This document shows positions 51,813 to 64,000 of a stretch of DNA of 64,000 nucleotides, in pieces. The DNA comes from Octopus bimaculoides (taxonomy: Eukaryota): the NCBI RefSeq assembly GCF_001194135.2, contig NC_068987.1, positions 25,702,925 through 25,766,924 of the forward strand, written 5' to 3'. Under the pieces are notes generated by a model. The model did no database searches and had not been told where the DNA came from. It was given only the letters and a program-made list of their open reading frames with translations. The position numbers were made by a program, and so were the translations under genes. Within the stretch, counting starts at the first letter, position 1, and the number at the start of each line of letters is the position of its first letter.

Positions 51813-53770
51813 ACATACACACACAGACGCACATACATACACAAGGCATAGATAACTGTCATTAGATATATTTTCTTTATTTTAGAATGAAGAAAACGAC
51901 TATTATTTATGTTTTGTCTTGTATATCACTCTGTGTAAAAACCATATAAATGGAACACAACCATGGCTTTACAATATAGAATGGTGATGAACTATGACCT
52001 CAGACCCTGCCACAAGAATACGCGGAGTTCTTTATTAATCTAAACAACATTGTTAACCTGGTGTACTAACAGAGAGCTTAGAAAGTATTTGCCCGGATTG
52101 ATCTCTCACTAATAACTCTCTTGTATGTGTGTGTGTGTGTTGTGTGTTCATACATTTTAGCCAGAGGTTCTCATAGGTGAAGAGCTTGTTCAAGGATTGA
52201 AAAATAAGCGGACGAATAGTGGTTTTTAGCAAAATTAAGATGGCTCTAAACTGTTTAAACTTACTCAGCACTGTGGTGGACGAACGAAGAATTATACGGA
52301 TGTAAAACTCCATTTTCTCTTCTCACTAATAAAATGAAGGTGGGTGAGGGGCTTAAATTTTACAAATATTTTTTGAGAGGCGGGCATATGGAACCGGCAT
52401 CCGTCACAGAAACGCTACCCTGGTCTATATCAACAAATGTGTCCTGTTTTTCAAGGCGGTATAATGTTATTAAGAACAAATTCATTTGACTGTTATTACA
52501 AGCAGGTTGAGCAACTACGTAGGATTGAATGATATTATATTGAAACTATTAATAGAGGGTTAATAAATGATATACCCATATTATTTATTACATAAGTTAA
52601 GTAGTAAGGCCAATGCTATTTAGTGCATAGTTTTTATTCAAAAAAATCGATTAATGCAATTATATTCAGAGAAAAATCTATTTAATCTACGGCTAACGAA
52701 ACAAATACAACGGTAAAACTATAGATTAATAAAAACAAACAAACAAGAAAATGGAAAACATTGAAAGGATTAATGCCTGAGATACAGAGATCGGGATAGG
52801 TTGAGTATAATTGGAACACTAGTGAAGATTCCGTCTTTATCTATATGTATCTGGAATAAATTAATCTACTGGAGACTGTCCATCCTTGTTATGTGGATTG
52901 CGGCCATCCTGGGGCACCACCTTCAAGAGTTTTGTAGTTTGTTATATCGGCCCATGGATTTTTGTCTGGTGGTATTCATTTGGTCATTTTCGTAAGATAT
53001 GAGATATAAGAAGACATTAGTGTAAGGAAAGATAACTCAGTCGGATATTAGTGCAGAAAGTTATTTCTGTTTGAATGTACCGATTCTCAATTTACACTCA
53101 TATAAACATACACAAACACGTGTGTGTATATGTGTATGTATATATGTGCATGTGTGCATGTGTGTGTGTGTGTGCGCTTTTCTGTGTGTGTGTGTGTGTG
53201 TGTGGTTTATGAGTATCAAATTCTGTTCGCAAAATATTAGCGAATCCGACTGAAGACACTTGTTCAAACCGCTGTGCAGTGGGGTCGAACCTGAAGACAT
53301 TTTGACCAATAGATTGATTCTTCCTCTGAGTTCAAATCCCGCCAGAGTCGATTTTATCTTTTATCCTTCCAACGTCGATAAACTAAGTATCTGTTATATA
53401 CTGGTGTCGATATAACAGACTATGCATTTGTACATGTATGTTAGAAATTATTGTTACTGACGACCTCTCCCGGTTTTCTAATAAGTTTATAACATCACTC
53501 AAAATTCATTCACTAAAATCCAATACACTTCTCTATAGATAATACGGTTAGACTATTTCACTAATGAGATTTATGATCATAATAATGACCATTATCCAAT
53601 AAGGGCGAATTATTATCTGAGAAAAAACATTCTAAGTATTCCACCCATGTAAGGTTTATAATGGCCTCCGATGAGGAATAATATTATTATTTCAGAAGTA
53701 TGTTTTTCTCCTTGCCTTCTTCTGAGAATATTTCCACATATGTCATCTGTTCATTTGACAGTATATAGAC

Positions 53771-53992
53771 AGGCAAAGGCAGCGAGCTAGCAGAATCGTT
53801 AGCATGCCGGGCAAAATGTTTAGTAGCATTTCGTCCGTCTATACGTTCTGAGTTCAAATGCTGCGGAGGTCAACTTTGCCTTTTATCGTTTCAGGATCGA
53901 TAAAATAAGTACCAGTTGAACGCTGAAGTCGACGTATTTGACTAATCCCCTCTTGTAAAAATTGCTGGCCTTGTACCTATAGCAGAAAGGAA
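53771..53992 (+). mobile_element. SINE family B, full length, 9-bp TSD
   Basis: GGCAGCGAGCTAGCAGAATCGTTAGC...TACGTTCTGAGTTCAAATG. TSD TATATAGAC at 53762-53770 and 53993-54001. Confidence 0.88.
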
Positions 53993-54699
53993 TATATAGA
54001 CTGCCCTTTGATAAAAGTAAACATAGACTATGCATGTGAATACGTAAGTTAAAAACTGATCATTGCTTTCTTTAGCATGAAAGAAATAAGCATGAAAGAA
54101 AAACAAAAACAAAACGTCACATCTGATCTGGTGAAACGAGACAATGAAACGGTGACATGTTTTGTGGAGTAATAACGAAAAAGTGCCGTTCTGTCTGCTT
54201 GTATGTTTTGTAAATCAATGAATCTGAGGAAATTGAGAGTCCAGTTGGGACTTGCAGTGTCTTGCACGTTCTTGTCTCCTCCTCCTTTTCTTTTTTATTA
54301 ACTTTTTAAAATTTTTTTATATGTATATATTTATGATATTTAAAGGCTGGTTTGTTCTGTTCATGCATAGCTAAGTTCTTTCTGAACCTGTTGCATGACT
54401 TGGTTCATAAGGTTTCTATGTGTGTGACTCAATAATTGTAGCTTTTAAAGAGTAGAACGTTTAAAGATATTTTGTAATTTCGATGATAATAATTGTTTAA
54501 TGATTTAGTTAGAAGGTGCACATTATCAAACAAGACAATTTCTAGGTCTCCGTGATCCTCTTAAAAGAAAAAGATTGTTATTCTCGAACCAGTTTCCAAG
54601 CCATTATTCTCACAATAGAGTTGGCTCTGCTAAAGACATTTAGCTGTCAAATGGTGATGATAAACTCTGTGGAAAATTAAGTCGATTACCCACTGAACA

Positions 54700-54850
54700 T
54701 AAATGGATCCTCCTATAATGGGAGTCTACACAATTTCTGTCTATTCAGTTTTATTTTCTAGGCTTTGATTGAACCAAGGCTATAGTAGAAGGTTCTTATC
54801 CAGGGTGTCATGCAGTAACACTGAACCTCAAACCAAGCAACCACGCAAAG
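54700..54850 (-). mobile_element. Degenerate SINE family A-related head
   Basis: AGGCTATAGTAGAAGG...GGTGTCATGCAGTAACACTGAACC matches reverse-complement family A head. Confidence 0.45.
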
Positions 54851-55661
54851 TATAAGCGTCTGCGCCCAGATAAGGCATATAGTGTTCTATAAGTCATACA
54901 ATTAAGATTACCATCGTCTTTATTTACGGAAGTTTTTGATACTTTGATTAAGCGACAAAATTATAAGCGGTTTAGCAGCGCGTTCGATGAAACGATCGAC
55001 TGACCACAGCTTTACTATAATGCAGTTTTTAAGGGACCAGGAAAAATATATATGTATGAGAAAGAGAGACAGAGAGAGAAAGAATAAAAATATTTAATTA
55101 CTAAAAGCGAAAAGGTATTTGTTTTCTATCAGAGTATCAGCAAAGCTATGCCAGTAATATATTTTCTAAGAAATTTTAATCTATAGTCAAAACAACACAG
55201 TGTAGCCCTGAGAAACACCACCCAAGGGAAGAGAGAGGGTGAGAAAGATTCTCTGTGTTATAGAAAACAGCCGGTTTGATCTCCGATTGTCATTAGTTAT
55301 CTCATTCCCGAATATAAACATATGAGACTGGACTCGATCTAGGAACTTGTGTTTTAAAACTGACGATAATAATAATGTTCTTTTTCTTTAAACCACTGTT
55401 CCCTGTACCAATGAACAAGAATTTCATTGCCCTTATTTTAGAAACGAGGATCCGTAGTTCTAATCCAGCCAGGCACTATATGCATATGTAGGTACAAAAC
55501 ACTACATCTGCATTAAAGATCAAATCAATCGAAATAGAATATTGACGAATATTGAAATTATAACATTTCTAAAGATGAGTATGGAAAATGGAAATCTTTG
55601 TGGTTTTCAATTTAACTCAATAAACATAACGCTGTTGTTGTTGTTATTGTTGTTATTATTA

Positions 55662-55707
<46 letters not shown>

Positions 55708-55734
55708 ATTTTGTGTTTTTGAAGTAAAAAGAAA

Positions 55735-55843
55735 ACTAACGATTTTTTCTCTTTTATTTTTTTCAGGTAAGTGTTCTAAAGAATTTATTCTGGTCTGCCT
55801 GCAAGTTATTTTCATCAATTTCTATTTCCTTATAACGGTATGT
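55735..55843 (+). promoter_or_regulatory. Candidate recursive splice site (AG|GT ratchet point) with 71-nt cryptic exon
   Basis: ACTAAC at 55735-55740; 20/21 pyrimidines at 55743-55763 with no intervening AG; CAG at 55764-55766 immediately followed by the perfect donor GTAAGT at 55767-55772; second donor ACG|GTATGT at 55835-55843. Confidence 0.6.
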
Positions 55844-56826
55844 TTCGGTTTTCATCTTACAATTTTCCCCCATTTCCCGGCATTTAAGCGAAAAAGCAAT
55901 CCTAGGTTATCATGGAAGATAAATGTACAATCATTTCCCCACCAACTCAATGCTTTTCCTTTACAATAGTCTCTTTTTTTTTAACAACCTTTTGAGCAGA
56001 CATTTCGAAATATGTTATTACAACCTCTTCCAATATAGACTAACCTGTTTCAGTGTTACATCTGGGCTTATTTCTAAAGCTTTCTGTTTTGGTTGTATAT
56101 TTAGACGTTTTCACAGACATAGGGATATGGGAATTAAAAAAAAAAAAAGAAAAAAAGAACGCTTTATATAATTTTCTCATCAACGTCTTGATTCGTATTT
56201 CAACTCATGATTTTGCTATAGATAATCTACTAAGCATCTCCTTATTTGATCTAAATTGGTTAAATAAGGCAAAAACAACGTGAGGAAAAACTGAATGAAT
56301 ATAATGAACTAAGATGTTGTCATATCGTATAACGAATGTACGATATCTTGTTTGCTTGTTTATATATGAGCCAGAGATGTAACACAAAGTACATAAGTGA
56401 AATAAAATGATGAAACAACTATGAATCGAAACCTTACGTTGACTCCTTGCTTACTGAAAGCTTTCACTTCTGCAAGATAGTTTATATTAACCGCATGATA
56501 TTCAATATATTTTGCTGGCTCTGTTTGAAGTGGTTAAGAATTTGCTCACTAATATCTCCAGAGTAATACTAAATCGTTCTTTCGTATCGATTTCTTTGAG
56601 TTCTTTCAACAATTCCTTTTTTGATCATCTGCTTTATGCATTGTGTTTTATGAGCGCAAACATAAAGAAAGAAAGAAAATGTGAGCAGAGAAATTGATAA
56701 ATTTTCTCTCATCTTCCTTCACATTCATTCACTTCGGATAAATAATAAATAAAATTAATTTTCAATGAATAGCTATTGATTGCAGCTGCAGGTTTCGTAA
56801 ACGAGCCTGAAAAGATGTATGTTCTG

Positions 56827-56869
<43 letters not shown>

Positions 56870-57242
56870 AATCATAACGCACACACATTCTGTTTCTATA
56901 GTATTTTGTATTTGTTAAAACGCATGGGCTAATATGATTATTTATTCAGATGAGTAGACAATCGGATGTCATACGTCCGAATGTTGATATAATACTGCAG
57001 ATATGCATATATGGTAAAAATATAATTTATTCCTACATACTGCTTTGATCTTCAGTCTTCAACTTGCTACAAGATTTTTGCCAACTTTCAAAAGATACAC
57101 AGTTGTTAACATAACACACTCATTTGTTTGCTTTACATTTCTGCTTATCCCATCACTGTAGTACTTCTATGAATTAGTTCGTTCATTTCGCCAATGCTTG
57201 CACGATTATGCAAATTAAACCAATATAGTATTACCCAAATGT

Positions 57243-57305
<63 letters not shown>

Positions 57306-57989
57306 TGTGTGTGTGCTTGTGTGTGTGTGTGTGAATGGCAGATAAACACACATAAGCTTAAGTATATTCACAATTAATACAAATTAAAGAGTACGGAATA
57401 AGAATACAAACATGAAAGGACATTTGTATTAGTCTTTTCTTGACAGCTGTTTCGGGTGAACTATGGCTTATGTTGTAACCACGGTCATTACATAATACAT
57501 TACAGAATAAACACCCATAATGTCGTAAATGTATAGAATAACACAAGTTTTTATGGCTCCGTTAAGGAAAGCCAGTCCATCCACATCGAAATAATGTACT
57601 ATAAACAGCTATAAACTACTAGTCTCTGGATTACTAGGGCTGAGTGACTGATTTCCAACGAAACTTTAACGAAAGCTAGTCAGATGGATCTCATTTCCTG
57701 GTCACAGAGAGTGAGAAAAAAAATCTGTGATTTAACCCCAGTACGTTTTATAAAATCACACGGCTATGCTTTTTATCTTACCCAAACAAACCCTTTTGTC
57801 GTAAGAATCTACTATTTAGTATGTGTGTGTGCGTAGTTGATGATGATTTCCTCTGTCAAAAATGACAGATGAGGAGTTCTGCAATTTCTTGACGAAGAAC
57901 CTCTGCAGAAGATTTGTTTACAATGACCAAATGTTTGTGCTGTACAATAAGCTTATTCACTCTATCTAATCGACATTACATATTCAGGT

Positions 57990-58135
57990 GCATGGCGTGC
58001 AACACGTCAGATGTTGAACTGATCGCAGGAGAACGTGAAATGTTTACTCAAGAGCACAACACACCTCCTGATCCGGGAATTAAAATCTTGATCTTGCGAT
58101 CACAAATGCAGTACCCAAGGTCACGAGCCTTCACT
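57990..58135 (-). mobile_element. Degenerate C'-type SINE head fragment
   Basis: GGAGAACGTGAAATGTTTACTCAAGAGCACAACAC...CCGGGAATTAAAATC..GATCTTGCGATC resembles 16855-16960. Confidence 0.5.
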
Positions 58136-58466
58136 ATATATGCACACACTGCGCCAAGCTGATTGTGTCGGAGAAATACGAAAAAGGTAGACCTGTCTAT
58201 AGAACGTTCAGCCATTTACACGCTAATTCAAATTGCAAGAAATTCATTTGATCGAACAACTGAATAGACGGAGATCCATTGATATACATATATATATAAG
58301 CATTGATTTATGTTGAATGGATGAGAGACGAGTGTTCACTGAGCTTTGAATAGGACATTGTTTATTTTTATTGAAACTGACAGTTTGTCTTGTGGCGCAG
58401 GTTTCACTCAACTGCGATCTTCGGCGTAAGACAGGTTTTTTGCGAGACGCACTCTCAGTTTCAGTC

Positions 58467-58533
<67 letters not shown>

Positions 58534-58694
58534 GTATGTGTGTGTGTGTGTGTGTAACACTCTCACACACAAGATACATTTTGTCTGATTAAAAGATGGC
58601 GTGATCAAGATTTCCGGTTATAAATCAGATCGATTTGAACTCAGCTGAGGTTAAATAATAATAGCGCACGCAAGCACATGAACGTATATGCGTG

Positions 58695-58734
<40 letters not shown>

Positions 58735-59993
58735 CTGAATTTAATTCAGGTATGTATGTATGTATGTAACCAAAATTCCAAATTCGGAAACGTTTGGTCA
58801 ACTCACGTTTCGCAATCAGTCTTTCTTCCTTCCGACATTTATACGNNNNNNNNNNNNNNNNNNNNNNNNNNNNNNNNNNNNNNNNNNNNNNNNNNNNNNN
58901 NNNNNNNNNNNNNNNNNNNNNNNNNNNNNNNNNNNNNNNNNNNNNNNNNNNNNNNNNNNNNNNNNNNNNNNNNNNNNNNNNNNNNNNNNNNNNNNNNNNN
59001 NNNNNNNNNNNNNNNNNNNNNNNNNNNNNNNNNNNNNNNNNNNNNNNNNNNNNNNNNNNNNNNNNNNNNNNNNNNNNNNNNNNNNNNNNNNNNNNNNNNN
59101 NNNNNNNNNNNNNNNNNNNNNNNNNNNNNNNNNNNNNNNNNNNNNNNNNNNNNNNNNNNNNNNNNNNNNNNNNNNNNNNNNNNNNNNNNNNNNNNNNNNN
59201 NNNNNNNNNNNNNNNNNNNNNNNNNNNNNNNNNNNNNNNNNNNNNNNNNNNATATATATATATATATATAGAGTAGTCGCATCCAAAATGGACGTGACTA
59301 CCAACGTTTCAAAGTGGAACACTTGAAGAATTGTGAATTTTTACCACATGAAACCATTGGTATTCTTTTTAATCCACACAGAAATAAATATACAGGTAGT
59401 ATGTATACACTAAACACACACACACGCTCATTTATATGTAAACGCACATGCAAGCACCTCGTCGTCTGCTATGAACTGACATCTGCTACGAAACTATATA
59501 TATAGAGATAGATACAGGAAGAGAAAGAGAGAATGAAAGAAAGACATACAGACAAAAGGAGAGGTACATGCAGATGTATACAACTAACTTTTAACGCGCT
59601 CTCTATTACAAACAGCATAGAAGTAGCGGAGGGGCAATGGAATGAAAGATATGAAGAGAGGGGGGTGATTATGTGATAGAAGTGATACGGTTAGACAGGG
59701 GTGAGAAATATTTTGTAAGGCTGTGTATGAGATAAAGTGAGAGCGAGATACCGAGATAGAGGGAAACTGTGATGATAGAGTGAGAGAAAGAGAGAGAGGG
59801 GGGGAGTGAAAGGTAGGTCTACATTTGAATGACTATCTTACATAGACCCCCCCTACCGTGTGTGTGTGTGCATATATGCTTATATGCATACATATTTTCG
59901 TACAGATGCTTATAATAAATAAATGTGTGTGTGTTTGTGTATGTGCGCGTGTGTGTGTGGTTGAGTGCCCTTCTTTCGTTTGTCCACTCACTC

Positions 59994-60032
<39 letters not shown>

Positions 60033-60466
60033 NNNNNNNNNNNNNNNNNNNNNNNNNNNNNNNNNNNNNNNNNNNNNNNNNNNNNNNNNNNNNNNNNNNN
60101 NNNNNNNNNNNNNNNNNNNNNNNNNNNNNNNNNNNNNNNNNNNNNNNNNNNNNNNNNNNNNNNNNNNNNNNNNNNNNNNNNNNNNNNNNNNNNNNNNNNN
60201 NNNNNNNNNNNNNNNNNNNNNNNNNNNNNNNNNNNNNNNNNNNNNNNNNNNNNNNNNNNNNNNNNNNNNNNNNNNNNNNNNNNNNNNNNNNNNNNNNNNN
60301 NNNNNNNNNNNNNNNNNNNNNNNNNNNNNNNNNNNNNNNNNNNNNNNNNNNNNNNNNNNNNNNNNNNNNNNNNNNNNNNNCCAAACCCAAACATACAGGT
60401 AATACCGAGTAAGTGCTATAAAATATATTTCTAACTTTGCCATTGTTCTCTTTATCCTTTTCTCTT

Positions 60467-60514
<48 letters not shown>

Positions 60515-60945
60515 GGTAAACATCCCACTACGGGCAACCGCCTAGTGCGATGGAGGTGTTTTTCCTACTATGCGTATGTGTGTGTGCTTCTGTGTGGCGT
60601 ATTGTGTGTGTGTGTGTGTGTGTAGTACGGACGTTTATGCATACACATGATTTCAAATACACATGGAAACTCCTATATGTATGTTTGCATGTGTGTGAAG
60701 TCTTGCCTTTCTGAAAATTGCCAAAAATGTTGTTTCTGGTGCCAAGATGAAGTCTGTAGCCAAGTTCACTAGAATCCACACCATTCCACCTACTTCCAGT
60801 CTGGTTGCTAGGGATTTCAAGTTACTAAGTATCCACCATCGTGACTATCAATTTCCTTATAGTAGCAACATTTCCACCATCACCACCACCACCACCACCA
60901 CTGACACCGCCGCCATAACAACTACATGACTTCCTTTAAATAACA

Positions 60946-61055
60946 TCTTAGTACTAGGCTTAGTACTAGGCTTCCAAAGAATAAGTCCTGGGGTCGATTT
61001 GCTCGACTAAAGGCGGTGCTCCAGCTTGGCCGCAGTCAAAAGACTGAAACAAGTA
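60946..61055 (+). mobile_element. SINE family A 3' fragment
   Basis: AGTACTAGGCTT (duplicated), then AAAGAATAAGTCCTGGGGTCGATTTGCTCGACTAAAGGCGGTGCTCCAGC.TGGCCGCAGTCAAA.GACTGAAACAAGTAAA. Confidence 0.85.
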
Positions 61056-61199
61056 AATGAGTAAACGAAAAGTATGAAAAATTCTTGATTCTGTAATTTG
61101 ATTATTTGAGTATTAGTACATAAAGCGGCCCTCAAAAAAACTTTCTGTGATTAAAGTGACCCGCAATGTAATTCGAGTTGGCCAGGCCTGCTCTACTTG

Positions 61200-61570
61200 A
61201 TCGCTAGGCCTTCTAGAAATAACAGCCAAACCCTCTTGAATTATACTTTACCCCCAGGGCTGTCTAAGCAGTATTGTAGCCCCCCCCCCCCCCGGAAAAT
61301 CCATGCACTGAGACGTATACTGTTTATTTATTGAGAGCAAGCCACAGCGCACAAAGATTGTAAGTGATCCCCTTAGATCCATGAGGCTCTCGGGCAACTG
61401 TCCAGTGTACCTATGTCTGGAGATGGCATGGACCCTATCGTCTTAAAAATATGATAAACACACTGGCCAATGTAATGTTAGATATAGAAACTAAGTGGGT
61501 GGTCACGGTTGATGTGGCATTGATGATATTTTTGCTCAGTCAGAGCCCACCTAGGGCTGAACACCAATTA
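61200..61570 (+). mobile_element. Family D repeat split by a probable decayed MITE (about 61254-61430)
   Basis: D core CTAGAAATAACAGCCAAACCCTC..CTTACCC stops at CAGGGCTGTCTAAG and resumes CCCTATCGTCTTAAAA...GGTCACGGTTG. The insert ends resemble CAGGGCCGTCTTAA-type termini. Confidence 0.45.
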
Positions 61571-62565
61571 CCAAGTATCATCATCATCCTCATCATCATC
61601 ATCACCACCACCACCACTACCATCATCTCCACCACCATCTTCATTACCACTACTACTAGTCATCACAACTATTATCATCACCATTACCACGCCACCATCA
61701 TTCTACAGACGGTTCCATAGAATTCACAGAATCTCCGAGGTCATTGATTATCGATACTGTTAATGTTCTTCTTGAATAAATAACTTCAGCTTGACGGTAA
61801 CAAGTAAGACATAATCAGTGCACATGGAGCAAGAACTTTGCCTTAAATTTTGCTGCAAAGTTGCATTCCACACAAGTTATATTGAGATACGAACGGTGAA
61901 GCATCGACGCGAGCGCTTCTACGAGGTTGCACATGCTGTTGTAACGTGCTAGAAATAACAGCTAAATCTTCCTCAAAATCACACCGTTCTGTCTGAAAAT
62001 AAGGAAAGAAAATGCACGTATTAAGTTATATGGTCTTGAGCGAGCAGTTGTTGAGCCCCCATCCTAAAAAAAAATTGGGTTGTCATCGCTGGGCATGTCA
62101 TTGGTGTGTATATATATATTTGTATGTTTGTGTATAAAGAGAATGTTGTTCTGTGCTATATCTTGTTCTTGTCCCCGTTTGTATTGCTACAGCTGTGCTG
62201 CCCTCTTTTGTCAGCCACGTATTAACCCACCAACTACAGGATCTCTACATCAACTGACACAGACAGTGAAACCCTTGTGTGTTTCCTTCCAGCATCTCTC
62301 CGCCCCACATCATACTCTGTCTTTTCCCCCAATTTATAATCAGGACGTTTACATACACAAACACACGCATACACGCACCCCACACAAACACACACACTTT
62401 CTCCTTCCCTCTCTCTCACACACATATACACACATTCATAGATACAGACATGTATATATGTATATATCTATGTATGTATGGATAGATAGATAGATATACA
62501 TACATATACGTATACCCATACACACATCTCTCTCTCTCTTTCTCTCTCTCTCTCTGTCTCTCTCT

Positions 62566-62632
<67 letters not shown>

Positions 62633-62874
62633 CATATGCGTGTCCAACTATGTGTACATTCACACAACATGCGCGCACGCGTTTCTGCGTGTGTGTGTGA
62701 GAGAGAGAAACAATATAAATAAAGGCGATAAAGGAATGGATATTTTGAATGGGTTAATGTAATGTTTATATTTTAAGCAAGTACTGGTTGTGTGCCGGGC
62801 TGGAGGTAAAAACGTCTGTATATGCATAGCCACACACACCTACTGAACATTATATGCGGGTGTTAGTACACACA

Positions 62875-62991
<117 letters not shown>

Positions 62992-63089
62992 CTAGCAAGG
63001 TTGGTGCTGTCCTACACCCCTTAGTCACTTTTAGTAACGGTTGAATTTTTCCTTTTCGGTTTTAAATTGCGTCTAGCCACCATAATCAT

Positions 63090-63132
<43 letters not shown>

Positions 63133-63271
63133 GAAATGCTAGATAGATAGATAGATAANNNNNNNNNNNNNNNNNNNNNNNNNNNNNNNNNNNNNNNNNN
63201 NNNNNNNNNNNNNNNNNNNNNNNNNNNNNNNNNNNNNNNNNNNNNNNNNNNNNNNNNNNNNNNNNNNNNNT

Positions 63272-63314
<43 letters not shown>

Positions 63315-63355
63315 GAAATGCTAGATAGATAGATAGATAAACAGACAGACAGACA
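63090..63355. repeat. (AGAT)n then (AGAC)n microsatellite spanning a gap
   Basis: Directly visible. Confidence 0.95.
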
Positions 63356-63789
63356 GACTGACTTACACAAATACCCACCCCTACAAACACACACGCAACA
63401 CTCACATAGGCATCATTACACTCGAACAAGACCGTCTATTAATAGTTTCCTCCCTTGAAAGCATCCATCCACCCGACCCGCCAGTCATACATTTACACAT
63501 TCCCAGTCACCCTATCCCATCCGACCCAGTACACTTGTTTTGTTTTTTAACCTTTGTGAATTGTGTGTCTCGCCGCGTAACCTCTCCCTTCATTATAAAT
63601 CTCTGCTCTCTGCCCTCCACCCGACTCGTAACACGAAAAGTAGTGCATCCAGCACTATTTCCACTCCTAATGGGTAGAAACGAACGTTCTGCGAGCGACA
63701 GTGACTTTATTGGTGATGCTACAACGATGGTGTTGGTGATGATACTTGTGCTGGGTGGTAGTGATGATTATCGTCGTCGTGGTGGTGGT

Positions 63790-64000
63790 GGTGGTGGTGA
63801 TTATTGTTGCGGTGGTAGTAGTAGTTAAGGTTGCAGTAATAGTTGTGTCGGTGGTGGTGGTGGTGATAGCAGTGGTGGTGATTATTGTTGCGGTGGTAGT
63901 GGTAGTTAAGGTTGCAGTAATAGTTGTGTCGGTGGTGGTGGTGGTGATAGCAGTGGTGGTGATTATTGTTGCGGTGGTAGTGGTAGTTAAGGTTGCAGTA
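63790..64000. repeat. 81-bp minisatellite (at least 2.5 units, runs off the window)
   Basis: GATTATTGTTGCGGTGGTAG recurs at 63799, 63880 and 63961 (period exactly 81); units differ at about one position. Confidence 0.93.

Noticed and set aside
56500-56620. Minus-strand peptide KKELLKELKEIDTKERFSITLEIL resembling hAT FSITLD
   Set aside because: Only a 5-residue match, the catalytic Asp is absent, and there are no further motifs or termini.
58741-58755. Second AG|GT motif TTAATTCAG|GTATGT
   Set aside because: No real pyrimidine tract (upstream is (TG)n) and the donor is simply the start of a (TATG)n array.
60381-60425. Donor-like CAG|GTAATA and GA|GTAAGT just after a gap
   Set aside because: Any exon would be hidden in the Ns; only 28 bases of context, so it cannot be supported.
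63090-63340. AGATAAGAAATGCTAGATAG repeated on both sides of the gap as a higher-order repeat
   Set aside because: Most simply explained as unmerged overlapping contig ends within an (AGAT)n array.

Overview
This is 64 kb of AT-rich, microsatellite-dense eukaryotic draft scaffold with about 16 N-gaps, most of them next to (TA)n/(CA)n/(GATA)n arrays. The repeat landscape matches what I recognise from octopus (coleoid cephalopod) genomes: several very abundant tRNA-derived SINE families, labelled A, B, C and D locally here. The species assignment is inference. I found no intact host protein-coding gene, no confident coding exon, and no rRNA, true tRNA or CRISPR array. Recognisable protein homology is limited to four dead transposon fragments: a Helitron helicase C-terminus (6.0-7.0 kb), a restriction-like-endonuclease LINE 3' end embedded in (TATG)n (14.1-14.6 kb), an RTE-clade LINE 3' end (25.6-26.0 kb) and a piggyBac transposase 3' half with one TTAA/CCCT end (40.2-41.3 kb). 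A hAT MITE lies at 35.9-36.2 kb. The strongest non-transposon signal is a textbook recursive-splicing ('ratchet') site on the + strand at 55766/55767: branch-like ACTAAC, a 21-nt pyrimidine tract, CAG|GTAAGT, and a second donor 71 nt downstream. This suggests the window lies inside a very long intron of a + strand gene. Also notable are two pre-miRNA-sized hairpins whose G-U pairs favour the + strand (12500-12560, 47415-47479), a closely spaced inverted SINE pair (candidate ADAR substrate), decayed hammerhead-like motifs, and an 81-bp minisatellite at the right edge. Coordinates of degenerate repeats are approximate (about +/-15 bp).
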